DNA of 64,000 nucleotides from an uncultured Phycisphaeraceae bacterium (GCA_964556215.1 CAZKVP010000003.1:15419-79418); one strand, 5' to 3'. Shown: positions 28,683-38,048, numbered from the stretch's first letter. The notes: generated from the letters alone by a model not told the origin. Program-made: numbers and translations.

Positions 28683-30638
28683 TCAGGTCGGCTGAAGCCG
28701 ACCCTCCCGCAAAATCCCCCGCCACCTCCCCGCCGCGATCCCCGCGATCACCAGCACCATCCCCATCATCGCCGCCGCCATGACGCACATCAATTTCAGC
28801 TGGAAGGATTTTTCCGGAGCCGTGCCCGCCGCCTGCGCCTCGGCCCACCACTTGCCCACGCTCACCACTCCGGCCCACATCACGGCGGTGAAGGTCAGCA
28901 CAAAAGGAATGAAAGTGACCAGGGCGTGGGACTTTTTCTTCGCATGCATCAGCAGCCAGGTGGTGCCGATGGCCAGCGCCAGGGCGGCCAGCAGTTGGTT
29001 GGCGATGCCCAGCATCTGCCACAGGGTGCCAAGGTCGCCGCGGTAGAGCAGGTAGCCCCACAGGGCGCAGGTGATGGCCGAGATCAGCACATTGAGCCGC
29101 CAGTTGGGCTTGCTCTCCGCGTGCGCGGCGGCTTCGATGGGGTTCTCGCCGACCGTTTCGCCGCTTTCCCACATGGGTGGAACTTCGGCGCCCGGTTGCG
29201 CTCGCCCCTTGGCCGCCGGGCGCAGCGAGAGCACGCACTCTTCAAACACGAAACGGGCCACCCGGGTGCCGGTTTCCAGCAATGTCAAAATGAACAGGGC
29301 CTCGAACATGATGACAAAGTGGTACCAGTAGCCCATCAGGCTTTTCATGCCCGGCAAGGCGCAAAACACCTTGGACATGCCCACCGCCAAGGTGACGGCC
29401 CCGCCGGTGCGGCCGGCCAGTTTTTCGCCGGTTCCGGCCTCCATTTGCGCCAATTCGTGCGGCTGCACATTCCAGCCGTGGACGGCCTGCATGTGGTCCA
29501 TGAACCGGTGGTAGGCCTGCTGCTGGGGGAGGGTCTCCTGCGCCACATTGATGGCAAAGTAATCGCCCGGATGCAGCGCGCAGGCCGCGATCAAAGCGGT
29601 GACGGAGACGAAGCCCTCCACCAGCATCGCGCCGTAGCCGATGGCCTTGATGTCGCTCTCTTTGCCCACCATTTTGGGCGTGGTGCCCGAGGCGATCAGC
29701 GCGTGGAAGCCCGACAGCGCGCCGCACATGATGACGATGCAGACAAAGGGCCACACCGAGCCGCTGGAGGCCCCCACCGGCCCGCCGCCGTTTAAAAAAG
29801 GCGTGGTGGCCGGCATCTGCAGATGCGGGGCGGCGATCAGCAGGCCCACCCCAAGCAGGGTCATCACGCCGATTTTCATGTACGACGACAGGTAATCGCG
29901 CGGGCACATCAGCACCCACACCGGCAGGATGGAGGTGATGAAGGCGTAGACGGGCAGGATCATCGACAGCGTCTTGGCGTCGAACAGCAAACAATGGGCC
30001 CACGGGGAATCGGCAAAGGGTTTGCCCAGAACCACCCCCGCCACCACGATGGAAACACCGATGACTGACGCCTCCGCCACTTTGCCGGGCCGGATCTTGT
30101 ACATCCACAAACCGGTCAGCACGGCGGCCGGAATGGTCACCAGCACCGCGAACACCCCCCATGGGCTCTTGGACAGCGCGGTGACCACCACCATGCCCAC
30201 GCTGGCCAAGACCGCCACCACGATGAAGGCGGTGGCGATGGCGGCGATCAGGCCGGCCGCCGGGCCCAGGCACTGGCGGGCGATCTCCGGCAGACTTTTT
30301 CCGTTCATGCGCACCGAGGCCAGAAGGATCACGAAGTCGTGCGCGCCGCCGGCCAGGCAGGCGCCGATCACGATCCAGCCGAAGCCCGGCGCCCAGCCCC
30401 ACTGCGCGGCCAGCACCGGGCCGATCAGCGGCCCGGGCCCGGCGATGGCGGCGAAGTGGTGGCCAAACAGCACCCACTTGCTGGTGGGGTGGTAATCCAC
30501 GCCGTCCGTTAGCCGGTGGGCCGGCGTGACCTTGGCATCGTCCAACACGGCGACTTTGGCCGCCAAAAAGGCGCCGTACAGGCGGTAGGCCACGGCAAAG
30601 GCGGCGGCGGCCACAATGATCAGCCAGATGGAATTCAT
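28683..30638 (-). CDS. cstA: Carbon starvation protein A family transporter
   Basis: N-terminus MNSIWLIIVAAAAFAVAYRLYGAFLA, followed by FGHHFAAIAGPGPLIGPVLAAQWGW. Confidence 0.9.
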   Translation of the reverse strand: MNSIWLIIVAAAAFAVAYRLYGAFLAAKVAVLDDAKVTPAHRLTDGVDYHPTSKWVLFGHHFAAIAGPGPLIGPVLAAQWGWAPGFGWIVIGACLAGGAHDFVILLASVRMNGKSLPEIARQCLGPAAGLIAAIATAFIVVAVLASVGMVVVTALSKSPWGVFAVLVTIPAAVLTGLWMYKIRPGKVAEASVIGVSIVVAGVVLGKPFADSPWAHCLLFDAKTLSMILPVYAFITSILPVWVLMCPRDYLSSYMKIGVMTLLGVGLLIAAPHLQMPATTPFLNGGGPVGASSGSVWPFVCIVIMCGALSGFHALIASGTTPKMVGKESDIKAIGYGAMLVEGFVSVTALIAACALHPGDYFAINVAQETLPQQQAYHRFMDHMQAVHGWNVQPHELAQMEAGTGEKLAGRTGGAVTLAVGMSKVFCALPGMKSLMGYWYHFVIMFEALFILTLLETGTRVARFVFEECVLSLRPAAKGRAQPGAEVPPMWESGETVGENPIEAAAHAESKPNWRLNVLISAITCALWGYLLYRGDLGTLWQMLGIANQLLAALALAIGTTWLLMHAKKKSHALVTFIPFVLTFTAVMWAGVVSVGKWWAEAQAAGTAPEKSFQLKLMCVMAAAMMGMVLVIAGIAAGRWRGILREGRLQPT

Positions 30639-30759
30639 GGTGGGAAATGTAGGTAAAGACGGCTGGCGCCGGATTTAATAAAATACTTTCATTAGTTGCC
30701 TAAACTTTGTAGAATAAAGTCGGACACCGCTTCTGATGCCACCTCTTTTGGAGATTGCC

Positions 30760-31653
30760 ATGCTGACCACTTCCCTCCTCCTCACCTGCGCGCTGGTGGG
30801 CAGCCACCCGACCGCCGACATGCCCCGCGGCGGCTGCCATCTGGGCAACGCCATCGGCATTGGCATTGGCGTGGGCGTCGGCGTTGAATTGGGCCACGCC
30901 CTGCTGCGGCCGCGCCACTGCGATGCTTATTACGCCGACCCCGGCTACTACCGCTGCAACACCGTCTATGTGCAGCAGCCGATGTATGTCGAGCGCCCGG
31001 TTTACGTGGACCGCCCGGTGTATGTGGATCAGCCGGTCTATGTGGACCGGCCCGTGTACGCGCCACCGGTCCAGGTGATCCAAACTGCGCCGCGCCCCGT
31101 CGTGGTTGAAAGGCCCGTCGAACGCCCGGCACCGGTGGTGGAACACCGCCTGATCGAGCGCGAACGGGTGGTGGAAAACGGCAAAGTCACCACCTATGAA
31201 AAAGTGGACGGCACCCTGACCGCCATCACCCATGATTCCCCGGTGCCGGTCGCCCTTGACGGCAATGCCGAAATGGCGGCGCTGTGCAACATCCGCGACG
31301 AAATCAACCGCAGCCTGCCGCTGGCGGTGGCCGCCATCATCCCCGCCGGGCCCGACCACAAGGCGGTGGAAGTCACCCTGCGCGCCACCCGCTTTGCACC
31401 CTATGACCGCGTGACGCGACGCTTCGTCGTCAATGCCAGCCAGCTCACGGCCACCGGCACCGGCCTGACCATCCGCTTCAACAACACGCCGCAGGGCATC
31501 AAGGAGTTGGCCGGCGACTTCAAGGCGCAGATGAAGAAACTCTGCGACGACTGCGCCAAAACCGGCGGCAGCTGGTACTTGGACGACCAGTTCCAGGCCG
31601 AACCCAAGGTGGAAACGGCGAAAAAGATGGCGGATGTGGCGGCGGGGCTGTGA
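30760..31653 (+). CDS. Hypothetical secreted protein with (R/Q)PVYVD repeats
   Basis: GGAG lies 7 nt upstream of the ATG. Signal-like N-terminus. No family recognised. Confidence 0.5.
   Translation: MLTTSLLLTCALVGSHPTADMPRGGCHLGNAIGIGIGVGVGVELGHALLRPRHCDAYYADPGYYRCNTVYVQQPMYVERPVYVDRPVYVDQPVYVDRPVYAPPVQVIQTAPRPVVVERPVERPAPVVEHRLIERERVVENGKVTTYEKVDGTLTAITHDSPVPVALDGNAEMAALCNIRDEINRSLPLAVAAIIPAGPDHKAVEVTLRATRFAPYDRVTRRFVVNASQLTATGTGLTIRFNNTPQGIKELAGDFKAQMKKLCDDCAKTGGSWYLDDQFQAEPKVETAKKMADVAAGL
30976..31065 (+). repeat. Five tandem 18-bp (6-codon) repeats
   Basis: Encodes QPMYVE-RPVYVD-RPVYVD-QPVYVD-RPVYAP. Confidence 0.75.
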
Positions 31654-31667
31654 ACCTTCGCCAGTCC

Positions 31668-31709
31668 GCAAAGCAAAGAACCCGGCACGCGCCGGGTTCT
31701 TTGCTTTGC
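31668..31709. terminator. Bidirectional terminator, 19-bp perfect stem
   Basis: GCAAAGCAAAGAACCCGGC-ACGC-GCCGGGTTCTTTGCTTTGC, with a T-rich tract downstream. It lies between convergent genes. Confidence 0.8.
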
Positions 31710-31723
31710 ACATTTCATTTTTT

Positions 31724-32665
31724 TCAAACGCCGCCCATCAGCACCGCGAGCAACCCCTTTTGCGCGTGCAGCCGGTTGTGGGCCTGCGGGAAAACCCGGC
31801 TTTGCGGGCCGTCCATCACGCCGTCGGTGATTTCCACATTGCGGTAGGCCGGCAGGCAGTGCATCACGATGGCATGCTTGGGGGCTTTGGCCATCAGCGC
31901 CTCGTTGACCTGGAATGGCGAAAAATCCGCCAAGCGCCGCGCTTTTTCGTCCTCCTGCCCCATCGACACGAAGGTGTCGGCATGGATGGCGTCGGCATCC
32001 CTGACCGCCTCCGCCGGGTCATGGGTGATGCGCACGTCGCCGGCGCCGTTTTCCTTGGCCGCCTTGGCCAGGCGCGCGATGTAGGCGCCGTCCCACTGGT
32101 AGGCTTTGGGGCAGGCCAGGGTGAAGGAGCCGCCGAGTTTGACGGTGATCATGGCCAGCGAACGGGTCACATTGTTGGCGTCGCCGCAGAACACCACCCG
32201 GCGGCCGGCAAGGCTGGTGGTGCCGGGGGCCAGTTCGTCCAGCATGGTCATGGCGTCGGCCAGGCCCTGGGCCGGGTGGGCCCAGTCCGAAAGCATGTTG
32301 ATGACCGGCTTGTCGGCCGCCTCCGCCATCTGCACCAGCACCTGATGGTCGAACACGCGGGCGGCGATGCCGTGCACCATCCCGCAGAGCACTTGCGCCA
32401 CATCCGTCACTTTTTCGCGCTTGCCAAGGCCCACTTCGTCCTTGCCCATCACGATGGCATGGCCGCCCAGTTCGATCATCGCCTGCTCGAACGACACCCG
32501 GGTGCGCAGGCTGGGCTTTTCAAACAGCATGGCCAGGGTCTTGCCGGCCAGGACCGGGGCGTTGGCTTTGCCCGCAAAATGCTGCGCGCGCAAGCGCTGG
32601 CCCACTTCCAGCACATGGCACAGGGTGGCGGCCGGGGTTTCTTCGATGGAAAGGAAATGCTTCAT
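31724..32665 (-). CDS. argF: Ornithine carbamoyltransferase (or a closely related transcarbamylase)
   Basis: Motifs KPSLRTRVSFE and HCLPA. Start is at the internal ATG (MKHFLSIEE). Confidence 0.85.
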   Translation of the reverse strand: MKHFLSIEETPAATLCHVLEVGQRLRAQHFAGKANAPVLAGKTLAMLFEKPSLRTRVSFEQAMIELGGHAIVMGKDEVGLGKREKVTDVAQVLCGMVHGIAARVFDHQVLVQMAEAADKPVINMLSDWAHPAQGLADAMTMLDELAPGTTSLAGRRVVFCGDANNVTRSLAMITVKLGGSFTLACPKAYQWDGAYIARLAKAAKENGAGDVRITHDPAEAVRDADAIHADTFVSMGQEDEKARRLADFSPFQVNEALMAKAPKHAIVMHCLPAYRNVEITDGVMDGPQSRVFPQAHNRLHAQKGLLAVLMGGV

Positions 32666-32707
32666 GGGGAAAATGCAAAAAGGGAACGGGACTTGGCCCA
32701 AAAGTAG

Positions 32708-32766
32708 CACAGGCTTCAGCCTGTGTCCCCTTCGTGGCGCAAACAGCCCACAGGCTGAAGCCCGTG
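32708..32766 (-). repeat. Two inverted copies of an 18-nt hairpin between argB and argF; possible terminator or attenuator
   Basis: CACAGGC-TTCA-GCCTGTG (32708..32725) and CACAGGC-TGAA-GCCCGTG (32749..32766). On the mRNA strand the distal one is followed by CUACUUUU. Confidence 0.45.
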
Positions 32767-33639
32767 TTACAGCACGATCTCGGTGCCCACGCCGGCGGTG
32801 GTGTACACCTCCAGCAACAGCGCATGCTTGAGGCGGCCGTCGATGATGTGGGTCTTCTTGACGCCGGCTTCCAGCGCCATGATGCTGGCTTCGACCTTGG
32901 GCAGCATGCCGGTGGCGATGATTTTGGCTTCGACCAACTGGTCGATTTGGGCGCGGGTCAGGTGGGTGGCCCAGTCGGTGGGGTCGTCGGATTTGCGGAT
33001 GCCCGGCGTGTCGGAGACCAGCAGCAGTTTCTCGCACTTGAGCGCGGCCGCCACGCCGCCGGCCACCGAGTCGGCGTTGATGTTGAGTTTGGCCCCGGTG
33101 CGGTCGCGGGCGATGGGCGCGATGACGGGGATGTAGCCGGCGTCGCACACCGCTTCGAGCAGCTGGGTGTTGACCCAATCCACCTCGCCGACCATGCCGA
33201 TGTCGATCTTGCGGCCTTCTTCGCCCGAAAGAAACAAGCGCTTGCCGAACACCACGCACGAAGCCAGCGTGTGCAGGCCGACGCACTTGTGGCCGCTGGC
33301 GGCGATGGTCTCAAGGATGTGCTTGTTGACCTCGTTCACCAGCACGTGCTCGGCGATGGCCAGGGTGCGCTCGTCGGTGTAGCGGCGGCCCTGGACGAAC
33401 TGCGACTCCAACCCGGCCTGCGCCATGGCGGCGTTGATGCTCTTGCCCCCGCCGTGCACGATGACGGGGCGGATGCCCACCGAAGCCATGAAGCACACAT
33501 CTTCCACCAGGCTCTTCAAATCCTCGGGCTGGTCCATGATCGATCCGCCGACCTTGACCACCACCCGCTTGCCGGCGAACTGGTGGATGTACTTGCCGGC
33601 CTCGACAAGGGCGGCGGCTTTGCTGATGGCTTCCTGCAT
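32767..33639 (-). CDS. argB: Acetylglutamate kinase
   Basis: Motifs VVVKVGGSIM, VIVHGGG and LNINADSVAGGVAAAL. Confidence 0.9.
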   Translation of the reverse strand: MQEAISKAAALVEAGKYIHQFAGKRVVVKVGGSIMDQPEDLKSLVEDVCFMASVGIRPVIVHGGGKSINAAMAQAGLESQFVQGRRYTDERTLAIAEHVLVNEVNKHILETIAASGHKCVGLHTLASCVVFGKRLFLSGEEGRKIDIGMVGEVDWVNTQLLEAVCDAGYIPVIAPIARDRTGAKLNINADSVAGGVAAALKCEKLLLVSDTPGIRKSDDPTDWATHLTRAQIDQLVEAKIIATGMLPKVEASIMALEAGVKKTHIIDGRLKHALLLEVYTTAGVGTEIVL

Positions 33640-33737
33640 GGATGGCTTCCGGTAAAAGAAGGCGGACGGGTGAGGGGGAAGGGGGAAATGATACGCGCTA
33701 CATTTGCGGATGCAAGCGGGCAATTACAATCCTCATC

Positions 33738-34058
33738 ATGAGCGAATCCCCCGCCCCCGCCGCCAAAAAACTGGAAGTCGTCGAACCCATCGGCAAGCGC
33801 GTGCTGGTGCGCAAAGACGAGGACAAAAAACAGACCAAAAGCGGCCTGCATTTGCCCGACAAAATCGAAATCCCCACCCTGACCGGGCGGGTGGTGACCC
33901 TCTCCGCCGAGGTGGAAAACGACATCAACTACCCCATCAAGCAGTACGACCGGGTGCTGTTCAACCCCAAAGGGGCCATCCCCATTGATTTTGAGAGCGA
34001 CAACCGGTTGTTTGTGATTCCGGTGGAAAACATTGTGGCCGTGCTGCGCACCGCCTGA
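33738..34058 (+). CDS. GroES/Cpn10-family protein, with no adjacent groEL
   Basis: PIGKRVLVRKDEDKKQTKSGLHLPD...GRVVTLSAEV...YDRVLFNP has a Cpn10-like layout. Confidence 0.65.
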   Translation: MSESPAPAAKKLEVVEPIGKRVLVRKDEDKKQTKSGLHLPDKIEIPTLTGRVVTLSAEVENDINYPIKQYDRVLFNPKGAIPIDFESDNRLFVIPVENIVAVLRTA

Positions 34059-34087
34059 TTCATTTTTTAAGCCCTTTTTCATTCCCC

Positions 34088-35410
34088 GTGAGCCAACTCC
34101 CCCACTCGCTGACCCTGACCCCGCTGACCGGGCCGTTCTGTGCCGTCTTCGCCCCGCCCGGCTCCAAAAGCCTGACCAACCGCGCGCTGCTGCTGGCCGC
34201 GCTGGCCAACGGCACCAGCCGCATGAGCGGCGTGCTGTTCGCCGATGACTCCAAGCGGATGCTGGAGGCCTTGCGGGCCCTGGGCTTTGTGGTTGAAGTG
34301 GACGAAGCCAACGCCAGCGCCGTGGTCCACGGCTTGGGCGGCAGACTCCCCGTCGCCAACGCGGAATTGTTCCTGGGCAACGCCGGCACCGCCACCCGCT
34401 TTTTGTCGGCGGCACTTGCGCTTGGGGCGCCAGGCTCCTCTTATGTGGTCGATGGCATCCCCCGCATGCGCGAGCGGCCCATTGGCCAATTGGTCGAACC
34501 GTTGCGCCAGTTGGGCGCGCAGGTGGAATGCACCCTGAACGAGGGCTTCCCCCCGCTCAAAATCCACGGCGGCGGCTTGAAAGGCGGCGCGCTGACGCTC
34601 AAACCCACCTTGTCCAGCCAATACATCTCCGCCCTGCTGCAAGTTGCGCCCCTGCTGCCCGAAGGGCTGAGCCTCACCTTTGACGGCCCCTGCACCAGCC
34701 GCCCCTATGTGGAGATGACCCTGCGCCTGATGGCGCAATTCGGCGCCAAGTCCGCTTGGAACAACAACACCATCACCGTCTCATCCGGCGGCTACCGCGC
34801 CTTTGATTACCCGGTGGAGCCGGATGCCTCCAGCGCTTCGTATCCGTTGGCAGCAGCAGCCATCACCCCGGGCGCCAAGATCACCGTGCCGGGCCTTGGC
34901 CAGAACTCCCTGCAGGGCGATGCCGCCTTCTGCCTGGTCTTGGAAAAAATGGGCTGCCGTGTCACCCAAGGCGAAACTTCCACCACTTTGGAAGCGCCCA
35001 CCGACGGCGTGCTGCGCGGCGTGGATGTGGACATGAACGGCATCCCCGACATGGCGCAAACGCTGGCCTGCGTCGCCGTGTTCGCGCAAGGACCGACCAC
35101 CATCCGCGATGTCGGTAACTTGCGCGTCAAAGAGACGGATCGCATGGAAGCGCTGCGGGTGGAACTGACCAAGCTGGGAGCGCAGGTGACGGTCAATGGC
35201 GACGATTTGACCATCGTGCCCCCTGCCGGCGGAAAGACTTTGCCGGCGCAAGTCCACACCTACGATGACCACCGCATGGCGATGGCGTTCTCACTGATCG
35301 GCCTGCGCAATCCGGGCGTCACCATCCTCGATCCGGCCTGCTGCTCCAAAACCTGGCCCGCCTACTTCCACGATATGGCCCGCATCACCGGCGCCGATTG
35401 GCAGGCCTGA
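34088..35410 (+). CDS. aroA: 3-phosphoshikimate 1-carboxyvinyltransferase (EPSP synthase)
   Basis: Motifs PGSKSLTNRALLLAALA, LGNAGTATRFL, RMRERPIG and YDDHRMAMAF. GTG start. Confidence 0.9.
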   Translation: MSQLPHSLTLTPLTGPFCAVFAPPGSKSLTNRALLLAALANGTSRMSGVLFADDSKRMLEALRALGFVVEVDEANASAVVHGLGGRLPVANAELFLGNAGTATRFLSAALALGAPGSSYVVDGIPRMRERPIGQLVEPLRQLGAQVECTLNEGFPPLKIHGGGLKGGALTLKPTLSSQYISALLQVAPLLPEGLSLTFDGPCTSRPYVEMTLRLMAQFGAKSAWNNNTITVSSGGYRAFDYPVEPDASSASYPLAAAAITPGAKITVPGLGQNSLQGDAAFCLVLEKMGCRVTQGETSTTLEAPTDGVLRGVDVDMNGIPDMAQTLACVAVFAQGPTTIRDVGNLRVKETDRMEALRVELTKLGAQVTVNGDDLTIVPPAGGKTLPAQVHTYDDHRMAMAFSLIGLRNPGVTILDPACCSKTWPAYFHDMARITGADWQA

Positions 35411-35413
35411 CCC

Positions 35414-36055
35414 ATGTCCGACAACGCCCCCCCACCCGCCCCCTTGTTCCCCGTCATGCTGCGCCTTGAAGGCCAGCCCTGCGTGGTGATCGGCGGGGGC
35501 AAAGTCGCCTTGAGGCGCATCAAATCCCTGCTCGAATGCAAGGCGCAAGTCACGGTCATCGCCCCCGAAGCGGAAACCGAAATCCTGCAACTGGCCGCCA
35601 CCGGCCAACTCGAATGGCTCAAACGCCCCTACCAATGGGGCGACCTTGAAGGTGCTTTCATGGCAATTCTGGCCTCGTCCTCGCCCAAAGCCCACGACAA
35701 GGCCATGGACGAGGCGCAAATGGGCGGCGTGCTGGTCAACCGCACCGACGCTCCCCACCACGGCGACATTGAAGTGCCCGCCCATCGGCGGCGCGGCCTG
35801 CTCACCGTGGCGATCCACACCGGCGGCGCCAGCGCCAGCGCGGCCAAAACCATCCGCGACGAAGTGATGGAAAAACTCAACCCGGACTGGACGGCGTTTT
35901 TGGATGCGCTGTCCATCGTGCGCGAAGAAGTGCAGCGCGATGTGTTCCCGGGGCTGGCGCGGGAAAACTTGCTGCGCACGCTGGGCGGAGATGGAGGCAA
36001 AAACGCCTTCAACGCCGGCGGCCTTGAAGCCCTGCGGGCCTTGGCTAAAAACTGA
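35414..36055 (+). CDS. Precorrin-2 dehydrogenase / sirohydrochlorin ferrochelatase (siroheme synthase N-terminal domain type)
   Basis: FPVMLRLEGQPCVVIGGGKVALRRIKSLLECKAQVTVIAPE. Confidence 0.75.
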   Translation: MSDNAPPPAPLFPVMLRLEGQPCVVIGGGKVALRRIKSLLECKAQVTVIAPEAETEILQLAATGQLEWLKRPYQWGDLEGAFMAILASSSPKAHDKAMDEAQMGGVLVNRTDAPHHGDIEVPAHRRRGLLTVAIHTGGASASAAKTIRDEVMEKLNPDWTAFLDALSIVREEVQRDVFPGLARENLLRTLGGDGGKNAFNAGGLEALRALAKN

Positions 36056-36057
36056 AA

Positions 36058-36103
36058 GTTCCCAAAGAAAAAGCCACCTTCCAGTGGCTTTTTCTTTGGG
36101 AAC
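36058..36103. terminator. Bidirectional terminator, 20-bp perfect stem
   Basis: GTTCCCAAAGAAAAAGCCAC-CTTCCA-GTGGCTTTTTCTTTGGGAAC, between convergent genes. Confidence 0.8.
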
Positions 36104-36112
36104 TTGAGGTTT

Positions 36113-36787
36113 TTATTGGCTGTCTTCGACCTTCTGCACCAGCAGGTATTCCATGTCCACCGGGGTCGCGCGACCGAAGATGGTGACGATGACGCGCACT
36201 TTGCCGTGGATGGCATCCACGCCATCGATGGTGCCTTCCATGCCTTCGAACGGGCCGCCCACCATCTTGACATGGTCGCCGACCTGGAATTCCATGCGGA
36301 TTTCCGCCTGGGTTTCCGGGGGACGCGAGGCAATCAGCATCTTTTCCACTTCTTCGGGACGCATGGCGGTGGGGCGGCCGGCGGTGCCGATGAAGTCACC
36401 CACGCCGCTGGTTTCCTTGACCAGGAAGAAGATGTCCTGCGGGATGCGGCCGTCGCTCTCAAGGCGCATCTCGACGAACACATAGCCGGGGTAGAGTTTT
36501 TCCTCGATGACCTTGGGCTTGCCGTTCTTGATTTCCTTGCGCTTCTCGGTGGGCACCAGCACACGGTTGATCAGGTGCGGATAGTTCTCAATCTTCACCT
36601 TGCGCACCAGGGTGCGCTGGACGGAGGACTCCTTGTTGGAGGCCACGCGCAGCACGAACCAGTTCATGCCCGCACAGGTCTGGGGCTCGCCCTCGGAAGG
36701 CGGCCGCGTGGGGTCTTCAGCCGGCACAAAACCGGCGGGCAGGGAAGGGACCGCGGTGTTGTCGGGGTTTTGCAGGGTGTCGCTCAT
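36113..36787 (-). CDS. nusG: Transcription termination/antitermination factor NusG
   Basis: NGN-like WFVLRVASNKE and LYPGYVFVEM. KOW-like FQVGDHVKMVGGPFEGMEGTI. Confidence 0.9.
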   Translation of the reverse strand: MSDTLQNPDNTAVPSLPAGFVPAEDPTRPPSEGEPQTCAGMNWFVLRVASNKESSVQRTLVRKVKIENYPHLINRVLVPTEKRKEIKNGKPKVIEEKLYPGYVFVEMRLESDGRIPQDIFFLVKETSGVGDFIGTAGRPTAMRPEEVEKMLIASRPPETQAEIRMEFQVGDHVKMVGGPFEGMEGTIDGVDAIHGKVRVIVTIFGRATPVDMEYLLVQKVEDSQ

Positions 36788-36884
36788 GGTTCAATCCTCA
36801 GGGGCCCGAAGGCGAATAACAGGTTGCACGGCAAATGGCACGGGAAGGGAGCCAAGCGACCAAGGTCGCGGCTGAAATCGGAAA

Positions 36885-37265
36885 TCACAGGATATGGATG
36901 GCTTTGAAAATGATGACGAACACATAATCAATGCCGAAAACCATGGCGGCCAACCCGAAAATGCCGGAGATCACGATGATGGTCATGGAGATCAGCGATT
37001 TGCGGCTGGGCCAGCTGACCTTCTTCATTTCGGTTTCGACGGCAATCATGAAATCCACCACGCGCGGGCGGTTGAGCACCACCCACAGGGTGGCCGCAGT
37101 GCCGCCCATCACCACCGCCCACACGATCTTGTGGGCCGGACCTTCCGGCACGAAAAATTTGGTGGCGATCCAGAACGAGGCACCCGCCGCCAATGCCAAC
37201 GAAGCAATGGCGGTCAAAACCCGCGTCCAATATCCCTGCCCCGGCTTGTACATACCCAGACTCAT
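36885..37265 (-). CDS. secE: Preprotein translocase subunit SecE
   Basis: VVDFMIAVETEMKKVSWPSRKSL followed by a TM helix. Position between tRNA-Trp and nusG. Confidence 0.8.
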   Translation of the reverse strand: MSLGMYKPGQGYWTRVLTAIASLALAAGASFWIATKFFVPEGPAHKIVWAVVMGGTAATLWVVLNRPRVVDFMIAVETEMKKVSWPSRKSLISMTIIVISGIFGLAAMVFGIDYVFVIIFKAIHIL

Positions 37266-37323
37266 GGTGATCCGTTCGGCAAGCGAAGAAGGAATGGAAC
37301 GAAAACGGACGCGAAAAACGAAG

Positions 37324-37396
37324 CACGGCGGGGGGGGATCGAACCCACGACCTGCGGATTTGGAATCCGCTGCTCTACCAGCTGAGCTACCGCCGT
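37324..37396 (-). tRNA. trnW: tRNA-Trp (anticodon CCA)
   Basis: Hand-folded cloverleaf. Acceptor ACGGCGG/CCGCCGT, D stem GCTC/GAGC, anticodon stem GCGGA/TCCGC with loop TTCCAAA, T loop TTCGATC, discriminator G. There is one U-C mismatch in the T stem. CCA is not encoded. Confidence 0.85.
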
Positions 37397-37437
37397 ATGC
37401 GGTCTTCAAGGGATCCGGAAATCCGGGCCGTCCGATG

Positions 37438-37462
37438 AAAAACCCCCGTCGGCCGGGGGTTT
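37438..37462 (-). terminator. Second hairpin plus U-run downstream of rplL; terminator or attenuator ahead of tRNA-Trp
   Basis: On the minus strand: AACCCCCG-GCCGA-CGGGGGTT followed by a T-run. Confidence 0.5.
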
Positions 37463-37471
37463 GAGGCGGGT

Positions 37472-37499
37472 ATTCTAGCGTGGGAAAAACTGGCGTCAA
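37472..37499 (-). promoter_or_regulatory. Candidate sigma70 promoter for tRNA-Trp-secE-nusG: TTGACG, 16-nt spacer, TAGAAT
   Basis: Minus strand reads TTGACGccagtttttcccacgcTAGAAT. Caveat: a terminator-like hairpin lies between this promoter and the tRNA. Confidence 0.35.
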
Positions 37500-37511
37500 A
37501 TGAGCCTCATG

Positions 37512-37541
37512 AAAAACCCATCCGCAAGCGGATGGGTTTTT
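37512..37541 (-). terminator. Intrinsic terminator after rplL
   Basis: AAAAACCCATCCGC-AA-GCGGATGGGTTTTT. Confidence 0.75.
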
Positions 37542-37566
37542 CGTGAGGCAATGAGTCGGGCACAGA

Positions 37567-37926
37567 TTACTTGAGTTCGACATCGGCACCGGCGGCCTTG
37601 AGGCTCTCGGCAAGCTTCTCGGCGTCGGCCTTGGGGATGTTTTCCTTGATGACGGAGCCGGCTTTGTCGGCCAGGTCCTTGGCTTCCTTGAGGCCAAGGC
37701 CGGTGGCCTCGCGCAGCACCTTGATCACGTTGAGCTTGCTGGCGCCGGCGCCCTTGAGGATGACGGTGAATTCCGTCTTCTCAACGGCGACGGCGGCCGG
37801 GCCGGCGGCGGCGGCCACGGCGGCGGGCTTGATGCCGTGGGTGGCTTCGAGGTAGGCAGCCAATTCAACGGCGTCCTTGAGGGAGAGGGCTGCGAGTTTG
37901 TCACCGAGTTCAGCGATAGCGGACAT
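37567..37926 (-). CDS. rplL: 50S ribosomal protein L7/L12
   Basis: Ala-rich hinge, followed by [22 protein letters not shown]. Confidence 0.95.
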   Translation of the reverse strand: MSAIAELGDKLAALSLKDAVELAAYLEATHGIKPAAVAAAAGPAAVAVEKTEFTVILKGAGASKLNVIKVLREATGLGLKEAKDLADKAGSVIKENIPKADAEKLAESLKAAGADVELK

Positions 37927-38048
37927 GGGATCTTCCTTTGGAAGTTTCGCGGCAGGAGAGGTCTGGGCAACGCGCCCGTCTTTAACCCCGAGGGGCCAGT
38001 CCTAAACCGCAAGTGATGGAGACGAAAGAAAAGGGAACAACCAATCAG

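Noticed and set aside
28686-28703. Hairpin GGTCGGC-TGAA-GCCGACC, sharing GGCTGAAGCC with the argB-argF hairpins
   Set aside because: It lies inside the last codons of cstA, and the shared core is only 10 nt. That is too short to call a repeat family.
31634-32707. 357-aa plus-strand ORF
   Set aside because: It is antisense to argF, which has the SLRTR and HCLP motifs on the minus strand.
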